Assembly: GCF_000143415.4 (NCBI RefSeq)
Contig: NW_003314274.1
Location: forward strand, 941,788 to 1,005,787
DNA from: Selaginella moellendorffii
Lineage: Eukaryota > Plantae > Lycopodiophyta
Reading direction: 5' to 3'
Length of the DNA stretch: 64,000 nt
Of this stretch, positions 50,405-63,271 are shown one piece after another (the first letter of the stretch is position 1; every line of letters starts with the position of its first letter). A program made the translations under genes and the position numbers. The notes below the pieces were generated by a model. It worked only from the letters and a program-made list of their open reading frames with translations, had not been told where the DNA came from and did no database searches.

Positions 50405-50770
50405 TTTGGGTTTTCAAATGTATAGTAGGGATAGTGGGTAAGTTACACATGGTTGACCAACTCGAAACATATTCTAGCTCCTGTTTATGTACCTGTCTTT
50501 ATTCTACGTCTAACTTGGGTTTAAGCCTAAGTTCCACATCATGTTAGTTGGTGGGTACTTATATCCTTGTGTTAAGCCATTGGTATGCTGAAATAACATT
50601 AAACTTCCTTTAGTTATATTCTATATATTAATATTTGGATATTAGATGCTTTAAGATTGTTTTAATATCACTCCATGCTTTTGTCTCTTCACTCCTTGGC
50701 TACAAACTTAGGATTTTGGCTCTGTACCTTAATTCAATGGCCCAAGGACTTGAAACTTAAGTTCCACACC
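50405..50770 (+). mobile_element. LTR remnant related to family C
   Basis: Similar to 54296-54600 (caaatgtata.tagggatagtgg, attctac.tctaacttg). Confidence 0.55.
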
Positions 50771-52069
50771 ATTGTCTTTTCACATGTGGCATATGGCATG
50801 TGACTATGACATATGGCACATAGGGGGTTTAATTTCCGCTTTGTGGTTATTCTATGGTAAATCATTATAGGATAAAGGGTGAAAACCATATATGTTACAT
50901 CTAACATTATACATAAGAAGTTAGTCTCATTTCATTAATTCTTCACATCTTCCTCATCCCCTTTTTAAAGGAATTTGTTTTTAACCATTAGCTTTGTTTG
51001 AACTCATTGCATTCATCTTCACTCTACCATTTATATTTGGCTTCACTCCACTATTGCATATGTTTGTTTTCACTACATCAAGGTTGAATTTTTCATTCAA
51101 ATTTGTTATGTTCATTCTAACTCCACAATCCATATTATTCCTCCTCACTCGACTACCATATATGCTTATTTTCAGTCCATTGTCGAGGTTAGACTTTCAT
51201 CCATCCCCTATATTCCCTCCTCCAAAGTAAAAAAATGTTTGAAGGTTAAAGCAAACAAAAGAAACCGAGAAAAATTGATAAAGAACATTGTGGAAGAAGA
51301 AAAAGTGGATAAAGAAGATATTTTAGGTTTATGTTTGAAGTGTTTTTGTTTCTGACTCTCTCTCTCTATTTTTCTTTCAGATTTTGTTTCTATCAAAGAA
51401 ATGTTTAGTCACTAGTGGTTTTGATTGTAACCCAATGCTTTTTGTGTTTGATGATATAGGATCATGGTTAATATTAAGACAATTTGATACAATTTTGAAG
51501 CTACATATTTTTTAGGAACTTTATTTGTTTTCTAGATGAAGGGAAGACACTTGCATCAAATATTAAAACTTTGACATAAGCAAGATAGGTTAGTTTTGGT
51601 TATCGTACACTGACAGATTTATTTTGGTAGTTTTTTTAAGCATTTTGGAAATTCTATGGACAAACTAAGCATGGTGTTGCCACTGAATCTCCCTCAAGTG
51701 CTCTAGAAACTTATCATAACAATTGAATTACATGAGTACCACTTGGCTTTTCTATTTACTGGTACCAAGTGTTGTTTCATATGTAAACTCTCATTCCACT
51801 AGCTCCACCTAGAGAATAGAAGGTATGAAAATTCAACACCTCTAGCATGAAGCAATTGTAGATCAAAGCTCAAAGCATTACTAATGTAACCCTCTATATT
51901 TGTTTTACATAGACACAGATGGGAAAGTGTGATTTGGGACATGAGCACTATTAGTGATGTGCTAGCCTGGCTTGGCATGTAACACAAGTGTGTTTATTAG
52001 TATTTCACAACAACATAGTTTTAATCAAAACCCCACTCTTTTCTTTATTTCAATAGGAACAAATCAAAA

Positions 52070-52600
52070 CTAGTATGCCATTGGAGACTTGGGTTTCCCT
52101 GGAGGGGGCTTCCTTGGAAGAGATGGAGAGTCACCAACAGATGGATCTTCATCGGGAGAACCAGGGAGTGATGTGTCTGGATCAGGAATATTAGGGAATG
52201 GAGTGTCTGGAGGAGTTGGGTTCTTATTGCCAGTGTCACCACTACTATTATCATTGTTATTGCCACTACAAATGGAAGTTCCCACATCAGGATCATCCCC
52301 ACAAATGTTGCTCATGCATGCTAGTTTTCCAAAACATTCATTGTTACTGGAACATGATACGCCACATTTGCCAAGGCTACCACCATTGCCACCACTACCA
52401 CTTTTTGGTGGCCCTTCTTTGCGATTACCACTACATATGTGGGTGTTCATATTTGGGTCATCTGCACAGACATTATCCATGCATGCAATCTTACCATCAC
52501 AATCACCATCTTTGTTGCATGAAGCTCCACAATTTTTAGCATTTGCAATAGTGTAGAGACAGACAAGAAGAAAAGATGCAAGCAGGATTGTATATCTCAT
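52070..52600 (-). CDS. Secreted protein with two Kissper-like (kiwellin N-terminal) Cys modules and a Pro/Asp-rich tail
   Basis: Signal peptide; CxxxCxxxxxCxGxxxCxxxxCxDDPxxxTxIC twice; TATATAAAAG at ~52651-52660 upstream; no barwin-like domain. Confidence 0.82.
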   Translation of the reverse strand: MRYTILLASFLLVCLYTIANAKNCGASCNKDGDCDGKIACMDNVCADDPNMNTHICSGNRKEGPPKSGSGGNGGSLGKCGVSCSSNNECFGKLACMSNICGDDPDVGTSICSGNNNDNSSGDTGNKNPTPPDTPFPNIPDPDTSLPGSPDEDPSVGDSPSLPRKPPPGKPKSPMAY

Positions 52601-53759
52601 TGCAAATGCTATGTTTAAAGATTTATTTACAGCCCTTAGATATGCATAGCCTTTTATATAGATTTAATTCATTTTATATTTGAAATCATGCCAAATTCTG
52701 CATTAGTTTCCATGTTTGAATACCTTTTAGATATGACTATTGACTTGACCAAAAGTAAAGAAACCTAATTTGGACATTTATAATATAAAAAATATATAAT
52801 GAATATACCATTAGATAAATTACACTTCACAATTTTAATAATGGCTTTGGTTAATGAATGAGAGTTTTTAAAGGGATCATTTTTAAAAAATCAGCTTTGT
52901 ATGTTATTTGTACTACCTAGGGTGGATGCCAATAGTCCAAGTTGATTTTAATCCATAGAGCATAGTAGAATTGATCTATTGTGTCTGGCTTAAATTGTTT
53001 TCTTTTCTTCTTCCTCTTGCCCTAGATACTCTTGAGCTTGTTCAATTTGCTAATTGCAACACCAAGGGCCTTCTTGCAGCAAGATTGTTGCCCACCAACT
53101 CACAACACTAAGGAGATGTTGTGCATAGATTCTTCATTAAATCCTTCCTACTCCTAGCTTCTTGGTTGTGACAAAATGGCCTTCATATCTATTACTCATG
53201 ATTTTGTTCTTAAACATGCTTGAGAACACCATTGGTCTATGATCGTTCACAATATGCCAAGATTCTTAAATCCAACTTGCCCAAAAAGGTGACAAGCTAT
53301 TTCTTGTACTAAGACTTACTTCCAGTCACTCCAACTCACTAGAGAACTCTCTCAAAACTTCCAGCACACTTTGGATTATTATGTTTCCACAGTTGATAGC
53401 TGTCGTGAGTATATGACATTGGGTATTGAAAGATACTTGTCAGGCAGTCCTTAAAGACACTTTTTCCTTACTGCCATGATGGTAAGAGGTCGGTATAGTT
53501 GGATCCCTTTGGTAGCCCCTCTTGTGCTAATGGAGTTAATTGGACACTTCAAGTGTACTTAGACCAAACGAGCATAAGGATGGAATTCTTACATGCTATT
53601 AGCTAAGCATACTTAGCCCGATAAAGAGTTCCCGTCTCATTATGTTTTGCACTAGCTAGTGACAAGAACCCTCATATATTGAGTATAATCCCTCAATATT
53701 GCTACATAATAGCTTACCATATTTGCTAAACATCCTCGCTATCATATCTTATATGTTGA

Positions 53760-56700
53760 TTCCGTTCCAGATCCATATGCTATTTATGGTAAGTGTCTAG
53801 ATTTACCCAAAAGTCATATCTACAGAATGTAGATAGTGTCTTGAACCCTATGATGTTGTTCTTGTTTCCAAATTCACGATTTAGCATCATTCCATATTTA
53901 ATAAATTTCACGCTTGTCCTAAAAATTAACTCCTGGTACTAAGGGAGGCTTGGGGTGAAAGCCCAAAGTATGTGTTCCTCAAAAAGGGGGCTATAGAGGG
54001 TTTTAAATGTATAGTAGGGATAGGTGTTGGAATGTATGTCTGACCATTTAAGACATTAATTTAGATATCCTAATCACAAGAATAATTTTATAATATCTAT
54101 AGAATGTAGAGAGTGTCCTAAACCCTATGGTGTTGTTCCTACTTTTGGTTTTGTATCTAGCACTATTCTATATTTAGTAAATTTCACACTTGTCCCAAAG
54201 ACTAACTCTTGTACTAAAGGAGGCTTGGGGTGAAAGATCAAAGCATGTGTTCCTCAAAGGAGGGGGGGGGGGAGGGGGGGAGGGGTGCGGGGGGTTCCAA
54301 ATGTATAATAGGGATAGTGGTTGGAATGCATGTCCGATTAGTTGAGATATTAGTTTGGCTTCTACTGGGATGTGTTGCTCTTTATTCTACATCTAACTTG
54401 AGTCTAAACCCAAACTCCACACTGTTCTAGTTGGTGGGGTACCCTCCTCCTTGCGTTAGGCCACCAATATGCCGAAATTGTGCTAAACACCATCTAACAC
54501 CATTTAGCATGCAGATGCTAGATACAGGGAGCTAGTGCTTGTGGGATTATGAGTGTATCAGACCCTCATTTCTTAACATAACGGGCTTAGAGTTTGGCTC
54601 TAAATTTAGGTGTGCTACATTTGGTATCAGAGAATTGTCTCAGCGATTTGTATCCAACTTTTGTCGGAGTTTCTAACTTAAGTTGCATATGTAAAGACTT
54701 TTCTAAGCGACTTGTATAGGATTAGTGAGATTGCACCATTCAGTAAGAACATTGTATGCATGTTTAATTATTGATAGTGGCATGCATATAGCTGGCAAGA
54801 TGGTGAAAAGGAACCATGCTGATGATGCTAAAACCTCTAGATAGGCGAATTGAGAGGAGGAAACTCTTGCTAGAGATGCTATGGAAGAAGCTAAGGTTGA
54901 CTTAGAAGATGAAGAGCTTGATGCTGTAGCACTGCAGTGTATGGCTCAATACATTTAGATCGAGAATTTATGAAGGGAAGTTCACAAATTGAAAAAGGAG
55001 AACAAGAAGAGGAAGAAAGAAGCTAAGGTAACTAAACTAGCTAAACCTAAGCAACTAAACTTTTGTTCAAGTTTTGAGGACAATGATATTCTACAACCAC
55101 CCCAGGTTGCATGAGTTTCAAAGTTTAAGCCTTTGAAACCACCCAATTTCAAAGGCATGTAGGACTATCAGGTTTTGGAAGACTGGGTCTACAATATGGA
55201 AAACTATTTCATAATGGTAGACGTAAATGATCATATGAAAGTTGCATGTATGCAATCCTTTCTCACCAATCATGCAAAACTTGGTGGCGTCAGGTGTGTG
55301 CTGAAAAAGGGTAAACTAGAAGTTGGACCAAGATACAATCTTGTATCCAGAAGGAATACTTGCTGGATGATCTTAGTCTAAGACTTTGCACGGAGCTACA
55401 ACGGTTAAAGCAGCGAGGGGTCCTCATGCATTACGTTAATGTGTTTGTTCATAAGCACATTATGATTGCAAATATGAGTGACGAAAATGCTTAAAATTAT
55501 TTTCTGGAAGGTTTAAGTTCACTTTCTTGCAATGAGATTTTGAAGTTTAAGCCAAAAACGTACCTAGAGTGTAAAGAGGCATCACAACAACAAGTTGCCT
55601 TTAGTCACTTGCTTATGGAATAATATCAGCAACCATATGCTAGTACCTTGGACAAGAATAAGAACTCTAGGAATTAACAAGGTGATCGGAAATAGAGGGT
55701 GGAAGGAAAGTTTTGCTTTGGAAACTCATAAGAAATGGTTAACAAAGGTGATGGTTGGCAACCACCAATAGCTTCTTCTGGTCCTATGCCCTTTGTTCCT
55801 CCTTTTGGTGGGTACAAATAGCAATAACCTACAAAACCTACTCCTAGCGGAATGAGTAGTATGGGTCATTGCTTCCATTGTGGAGAGACAAGACATAAGT
55901 CATCAGAATGTCTTAATAAGCATAAGACAAGGTCTCGTATTAATGTCATAAAGGAAGATGGAGTGGTGAAGCTGAAGGGGTTGATGAGTTGGTCAATGTA
56001 AACTATGAAGAAGAGGAGGTGAATTACTTTCGTTACTTTCTTTAAGCTTTTCTCACAGTTAATGCAAACACTAATCTATTGATATATCTAGTAAGCTTTA
56101 TCCCCGGACACCAAATCCAAGTGATGATTGATATAGAAACTATGTACAATATGATATTTGAAGATTTAGTTAAATTGTTAGAATTGAATGCTGAGTAGAT
56201 ATTGCCCATACACTTCTAGTTTGCAAAAGGTGGGCAAGTAGCCAAAACATTTATGAGTGATATTCTAATAAAAATATCCAAGTGGAAAGAAAGAGTGGAC
56301 TTGGTAGTGTTGAAGATATTAAATTTTTAAATGGTATTTGGTATAGATTTCTTCAACAAATATATTAAAGGGATTTATGGTGCTAGACAAAGTCGCATCA
56401 TGTTGAGGTCAGAAGGACATCCTAATGTGTCCTTCCAATTGCAAAAGCATTCCTCAAAGGATTGGAATGCTATGTTCTTGATTGTGAGAGCTGCTCAAAA
56501 AGCAGCTAAGAAGGAATATTAAATCTTTTGGGTTCAAGTGATGGAAGCTGAGGGTGATGGTGACTTAGTTCGAATTGGTGACAGGGTTGATCTTGTACCA
56601 AAGGAGATATTGAAGTTATTGGCGTGGAATTAGGATATCTTTCCGAAGGATTTACTATCAGAACTACCTCCTAGCTGTGATGTTGATCATCAAATTGAAG

Positions 56701-58491
56701 TTATTCCGAGTTCTAAACCACCTACAAAGGCTCCATATCATATGAATATCAAGGAAATGGCTAAACTCAAAAAGCAACTCATGGAACTTTTTGACAAAGG
56801 TTATATCCAACTAAGCAAGTTACCATATGGAGCGCTGGTCCTTTTTGTTATGAAAAAGGATGGAATCATGAGGATGTGTATTGATTATCGGACTCTTAAT
56901 AAGATCATAGTGAAACATAGTTATCTTTTGCCTCGCATTGATGACTTGTTTGACCAACTCTTAAAGGCTAAGTATTTTATATGACTTGATTTGCAGTCTG
57001 GGAATCATCAGATTTGGGTGGTAGATCAGGATGTGAAGAAGACAGCCTTTAAGACGCGGTATAGATCCTATAAGTTCCTTGTCATGCCATTTGGGTTATG
57101 CAATGCTCCAACAACGTTCAGCACAATGATGGATAGAATATTCAGAGATTATTTGGACACATTTGTTACCTTATATATCAATAATGTTCTAGTCTTCAGT
57201 GAAATGTTGAAGGATCATTTGAAACACTTGGAGTTGGTGTTCAAAAGTTGCATGAACACAAATTGTATGCTAAAGAAAGTAAATGCGCTTTTGAAAAATT
57301 GCGCTTGAACTTTCTTGGACATATAGTTGGTGGTGGCGTAATTAAGGTGGATCCAAAGAAGGTGGAAGTAGTGAAGTCCTAGGAAGTCCTGACCACTATA
57401 TCAAATATTTTTTCTTTTCTTGGTTTGGCGGGATCCTATCACAAGTTTGTTCACAATTTTCCAAGAATTGCTCTTCCATTGACTAAGTTAACAAAAAGTA
57501 GTATACTATTTCATTGGACATTAGCTTGTTAGTGTGCTTTTGTATAATTGAAGGAAATCTTGACTACTGTTCCTATTCTCAAGATCCCAAATCTTTATAA
57601 ACCCTTTGAAGTGCATTGTGATGCATTTGGCTATGCTATTGGTACCGTGTTGTAGCAAGGTTGTGACAAAGCGGTTAGTGTTACGCTAAGGTGACATGGT
57701 TGTTCTGTTGCGTTCTATTTTAAGAAATTGGATGAAACTTAACAAAGATAGCCAATGCACGAGAAATAGATGTTTGTTATAGTGTTGGCGTTAGAACACT
57801 AGAAACATTATTTAGGTGGACATACCAAGTTTTATATAGATAGTAACACATTGAGCTACTTTACTACGTAGCTAAAGCTTACGCCGAAGCAAACTCATTG
57901 GCATAACAAGCTTGCTAGATTTGATATTGAAATCATCTATAAACCTAATAAACAATATTGGATCCTCTAGGTGACCTGTAGCATGCAGCTGCCTATAAAG
58001 ACAATATTGTTTTGGATGTGTTAAGTCATTAGGCCCATGGTGGCAATCAATTCAGACTGATTGGAGGATGTATAGGGTTTATATGGAAGTGATCTATTGG
58101 TGAAGGCAATCTTGCACTGTGTGGAGTTGTCAAAGTAGAGCAGCGAAAGTTGCTAGTTGCGCCAATGCAAAGCTTCACTTCTCAGTTCGGGACGGGCTTA
58201 TTTTCTATAAACAAGAAATTTTGTATCTTCCTTCCAAGGATTTACAACATCTATTTCTATGGGAACATCATGATGTTCCAGCAATAGAATATGGTGGAAA
58301 ACAAAAGACTCTTACTTCATTGAAAAAGGGAGTAGTGGTCCACATTTTTTGGTCTAATATGGAAGGTGATGTAGTGGAATATATCTATTCTTGCCCTATA
58401 TGCCAACAATATAAGTGCAAAACTAAGAAGTAGGGTGGAAAGTTGTAGTGCATTCTAGCATCGACATGGCCATTTCAAAGTGTGACACTTG
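53760..58491 (+). mobile_element. Decayed Ty3/gypsy element (family C), 3'-truncated in integrase
   Basis: LTR ends CA at 54619; PBS TGGTATCAGAG 54622; gag EDWVYNMENYF; RT MCIDYR..LPRIDDL; HHCC integrase; many stops; 5' bound approximate. Confidence 0.88.
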
Positions 58492-59040
58492 CCATCCACA
58501 ACTTTTGGTGGCAGACGAATCTCCTCTTGATGTGTAGCATCCATGGTGTAAGGAGTTAATAAATTGGCATGAAATACATTATGAACATTGGATATTTATA
58601 TAGGAAGATCCAATTGATAGAATATATCACCAATTCGTTTCAAAACCCTATAAGAAGCTCTATTTCGTTAAAGTGGGAATTATCATTATCCCACTTGTAA
58701 AATAAGGTTTCCAAACCTTTATATAGTATATAAATATAACAAAATTCAACTGCATTGAGGCACATGCCATTTTATTTTAAACAAGGAAATGTCTACTCAA
58801 TCACTTCTCCTCCCCCTGCCACTGCTTCACCTCTCTCTTCTCCTTGTCATCGTCGTCCAATTTCTTTCCATCCTTTTAATATTAGCTCAGTTGCTCCGAG
58901 TCTAGGTGGAGCCCAAGTCCCCATTCAATCTTTACTTTCCCCTTATTAATAAAACAACTTTGTAGACTTCCAATAACATGCTGTAACACTTCTAGTATAA
59001 TGCAAATCCTCTCAAAGAATTGTCTTTTAATATTAATACA

Positions 59041-62000
59041 ATGGCATGGAACCCCATGCCATAATAAGTTACATTTTTAAATAAATACATGCCATCTCAG
59101 ACTGTTATTTTTTGCCTTCAACGCCTATACAATAATCTTGGAATTTCATCACTCTCCACACTATTAGGATTTAAACCCAATAGTAATGCCATCTCTTCTC
59201 TAATACGTCCACGCTCATGTTCAGTGGTCGAAGAACCCATCCAGTTGAGTAGATTATGGAGATGCGGATAGTGCTTGGCTAGACAATATACATGCCATAA
59301 ATGATGACTGGTGTCTGTTCGATCAAATGGCTTCTGATATACCGTTCCATCTGCCATTTGGTTGATTTCTGCAGCCACCTCCTGGACTGGCCGGTTCTCT
59401 ATCACCATCGCTCTAAGCCGTTTTGCAAGGTCCCCCAGAATATACGGTTTCTTCTCCCTAGTTTCCATACTGCAAGAGATGGGGTGCACTGCATATGTGT
59501 GCGTGTTCGCTGCAGTTTTAATCGGCGAGTCATCGATGATGAGGATTTCACTTGACCTAGCAGTCCGGTTCATCACTACAGCCTCTGGCTTGACGAAGAT
59601 GGGCTTGCTACCCCTCACATGGACCATAGTCAAGCAATCCTCCTGCGTTAGGAGAAAGTCAAATGGTAATATTACTCGCGTCTGATCGTGCATCATCTGT
59701 AGCAACGTTAATACATTGTGGCGCATCATGGATGTCCAAACTCCCAATTGCAAATTGAACCCGGCCCTCTGTTTTAAGTGTCGCATGGTCATTATTAGAT
59801 CCCGCAGTTTCTCCCGTGTGATTAATGTGAATCTGTCTCTTTTGACCAACTTGCGACCGCAGGCTTTGGAGGGTGCAGTGACATTCGAGGACGAGCCACG
59901 CTCATGGGAGAAAAGGACACTGTTCAGATCAAAAACGATACAGTACCTTCGCCGTGACTCTGAAATGAAATGCGTCAGCATAAAAAATGGTACAAGTCAA
60001 TTTTACCATCTACAATATTAGCGAATGGTGCTCCCGATGGTCATTGAGAGGGTTTTAGTCGAGGAAATGTGAAGGGCGGAAATACTCTCCTCTGCAATGT
60101 GGGGTCAATCGCATCCGATGGCGTGTGGGCACATGCCATTTCAGCTGTAGACTCTAGTACAACTGGCTCAACAGTGGCATGGGGTGGTTCCGATGGCGTG
60201 TGATCACACGCCATTTTAGCTGGTGCCTCTGTTGGCAAAGTGGACATGACCGAACAGGCAGCAGGGCCGGTGTAGGGAGGTTCCAACGGCACGTAGTCAG
60301 ACGATTGGGCACACATTGAGTCCGTTGGAAATGAGGATACGATTGGCTCGGCAGCTGGGGCGGCCTCATGCGGGTCCAATGGCGCCTGGTCACCGTCAGT
60401 TGGATACGTGGACAAGATTGACTCAGTGGTATGGGCAACATCAAGTGGAGCGTGGTCAGCTTGCTTGGCGTTGATATGGATAGTAGCCTCCACCAGCCCT
60501 GATGACTCTTGCAGGCAAGTAGAGTCCACTGGCGGATCCATATGCATGTCCAAATATCTCCCTTCGATTGAGATGGTATCCTCCTGTGCTACTAAAAACA
60601 AACTCATTAGCACATTGAATCGACTATACTGTATTTACCATCAACTGCTATTGAGGAACTAGGACCGATATCACTTGGGCACATTGCTGATTCTGAAGGA
60701 TTGGACATACGTTTCGACCCTTGCTTGGCACTATCCTTCCTCGACACTAAAGGCTAGAGTTTGTATCTTAATTCAACTGAATAATCTCTACTTACCATTT
60801 GCTCTGCGACCTACATGGACAATGTTAGAAATGGTAAAAGGTTAGGAATGGATGTACTATTATTTACCTGATGGTTTGTCTTGTATGACCTTCCTCCGCT
60901 GCTCTTTGGCCACCTCAGGTTGGCCATCGTCGTCATCATCGTCGTCGTCGTTATTGTGATCGTCACCATTGTGAGGACCATCCAAGTCCTCTTCGTCCTC
61001 CTCTTCTTCGTCCTCCTCTTCTTTGTCCTCCTCTTCGTCCTTCTGCTCTTCCTGCTCATTATCTTTCTCTGGCTCCTCATCCCCCTCCTGCATTTCTTCC
61101 ATAGGCTGCTTAAGTTGGATGGCTTGTTCTTCCAGGACCATCTTGGGAAAATCATCTGGCCGAGTCTCCATCTCAAAATACAAGACATCCATAGCCTGTT
61201 TTAGTGCGTGACCTAGGACCGTATCCTCACCCGACTGTCTTAACATGGTTTCTGCACGTTCTTGCACCCTTTGAAGACGACGAGATGAGAAAAACGTGGC
61301 CCTGACTTGAAAAGCATCCCTCATCCATTGTACCTCTCCATTGAGATTGGGGAAGGGGAGTCCGCCATAGGAATCTAAGTCAGGAGGTGGTGACTGGCTG
61401 CTTTCACTTAGCCCTTGATCTGCAATGAATGGCATGAGCACACATGCCATAACCGCGAGGCATTACCTATCATCTTTTCGTTGCCCTTCTTCCTTTTCGA
61501 ATCAAACGCCTCTGATCCCGACGACTGTCCAACGTGCTTTCGCTTTTTATGACCACTGTCAGTTTGAGCTTGGCTGGTGCTTGCCTGTTTTGCCTTTGAA
61601 GAAGTGTCTCCTGCAAGGAATGGCATGAGACCACACGCCATTGCAAATATAATTTGTACCTCCTTTTTTCCTATTGCTTGTCTGTTTGTCCTTCTTCGAC
61701 GCGCCACTAGTGCGCTTTTCAGTCCTCGTGTCTGAATATTCACAACGATCTATAATCAAAATGGCGTGAGGCCTCACGTGACCTTACCTTGTGCAGGTTG
61801 TGAGCTCGGCCCAACATGGGTATCTTCAACAGTAGCTGTTAACGCCATTTCAGCATCTAAGGGTGGCCACACTCTTGCATATAGAGCTTGTGAGATAACA
61901 TTTAAACTTAAAGTGCGTACTCACCAGGTTCGCAGAGAAGATACTGTTTTTCTTTGGCAACTGTAATTATATGCTCCATTGAAGTCACCTCTTCAATGGA

Positions 62001-63271
62001 GTTTGTCACCGCAACACACGGGACACCCTTGAGTAGTGCGGCTCGAAAGATTAGTCCGCCGCAGTTGTACTCGACAACGCAGTTGTACTTTGCCCTTGGA
62101 GTCGGAAGCAGGTGACCCACCCGCTATTGCGTTGAAGACCCAGCTGAGCATTTCCCATGCTGCACCTGGAGCTTTCTTTGGATTTGAAAGCTTCATAGCC
62201 GTCTTCAGTTCCTCAGGCACGGGTAAATTGACATCCCTCAGATCAATTCGATCGGCCTTGTCGAACGAAGCTGGGAAGTCACTCCAGTCCCACTCTGCTG
62301 CAGGACCAATAACAAGGGCGAGTGTGAAGATGCGGACATTCGTCGGTATCTTCTTCTTAGCCATTATCCCATGGATCTCCCGTATCTCCTTGCCTTTCAA
62401 CCGAGCCTTCACCTCGTTCAAGGCCTTCCAGAACTTGTGATAGGATTCGGAGTTGTAGATCATATAGTGGACTGAAGATTCCACCTCCGCAAGTCCCACC
62501 ATTAAGTCAATGATAGAGCTGACTTTGTCTGCATGAGTGATCTCCTCGTTTGTGAAGTCCATCACACAAAAGATGTTCTTGACCTGCTCATCTCCGCGGG
62601 AAACGATGCTCCTCCACCTTTGATCCTCATCCGAATTCACGTATACCCGGTAAGGTTCTCGATAGGCCTCTGCTGCGGGGTCGAGCTGTTTCTGAAGCCG
62701 GCGGTCGACATCCCTCTTAATGAAATTTGGATACTGATCCAACTTCTCAGCTTTACTTTTCGTGGCATCCCACAACAGATTGATGAACTTGGGGCCCCCC
62801 TTCACGTACTCGTCGATGTCTTCATTTGACAACTCCAGCGCTTCCATCATCTCTTGCGTGGTGTCGATGCTCACCCTCTCCACGGCCACTTGCTCGAAGA
62901 TCCAATCCTTCAATAGCGCACGAGCTCTCAGAGTCGTGCACAAGTCCTCGTATGTCACAATATGGCCGGGAGTCATTTTGGTCTTGTTGAAGACTACCTC
63001 ACCACGTAGAAGAGCATTAGCCACTGTCAGAAGGTCGTCGTCGTCTAGAGACCGCGAGAAACGCAAGGCGTTGAGCTTCAAATCATTGGGCTTCCGGCCG
63101 TCCTCCACACCCATTGAGTTTAGCAACTCCCCGTCATGGTACCTCCTCAGCACATCTACCCATTTGTCAAAAACAACTTTTGTCGCGAGTAGAATGTTAT
63201 GGATGCTGAGTGTGTCATTGACCCCCACTCGAGACTTCCTGCAATGGAAATGGCGTGAGGCCACATGCTAT
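59041..63271. repeat. Dispersed 22-bp palindrome ATGGCRTG-N6-CAYGCCAT
   Basis: Exact copies 59041-62, 60118-39, 60193-214, 61429-50, 61620-41; one mismatch at 63250-71; partial 61761-82 and 58749-70. Confidence 0.92.
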
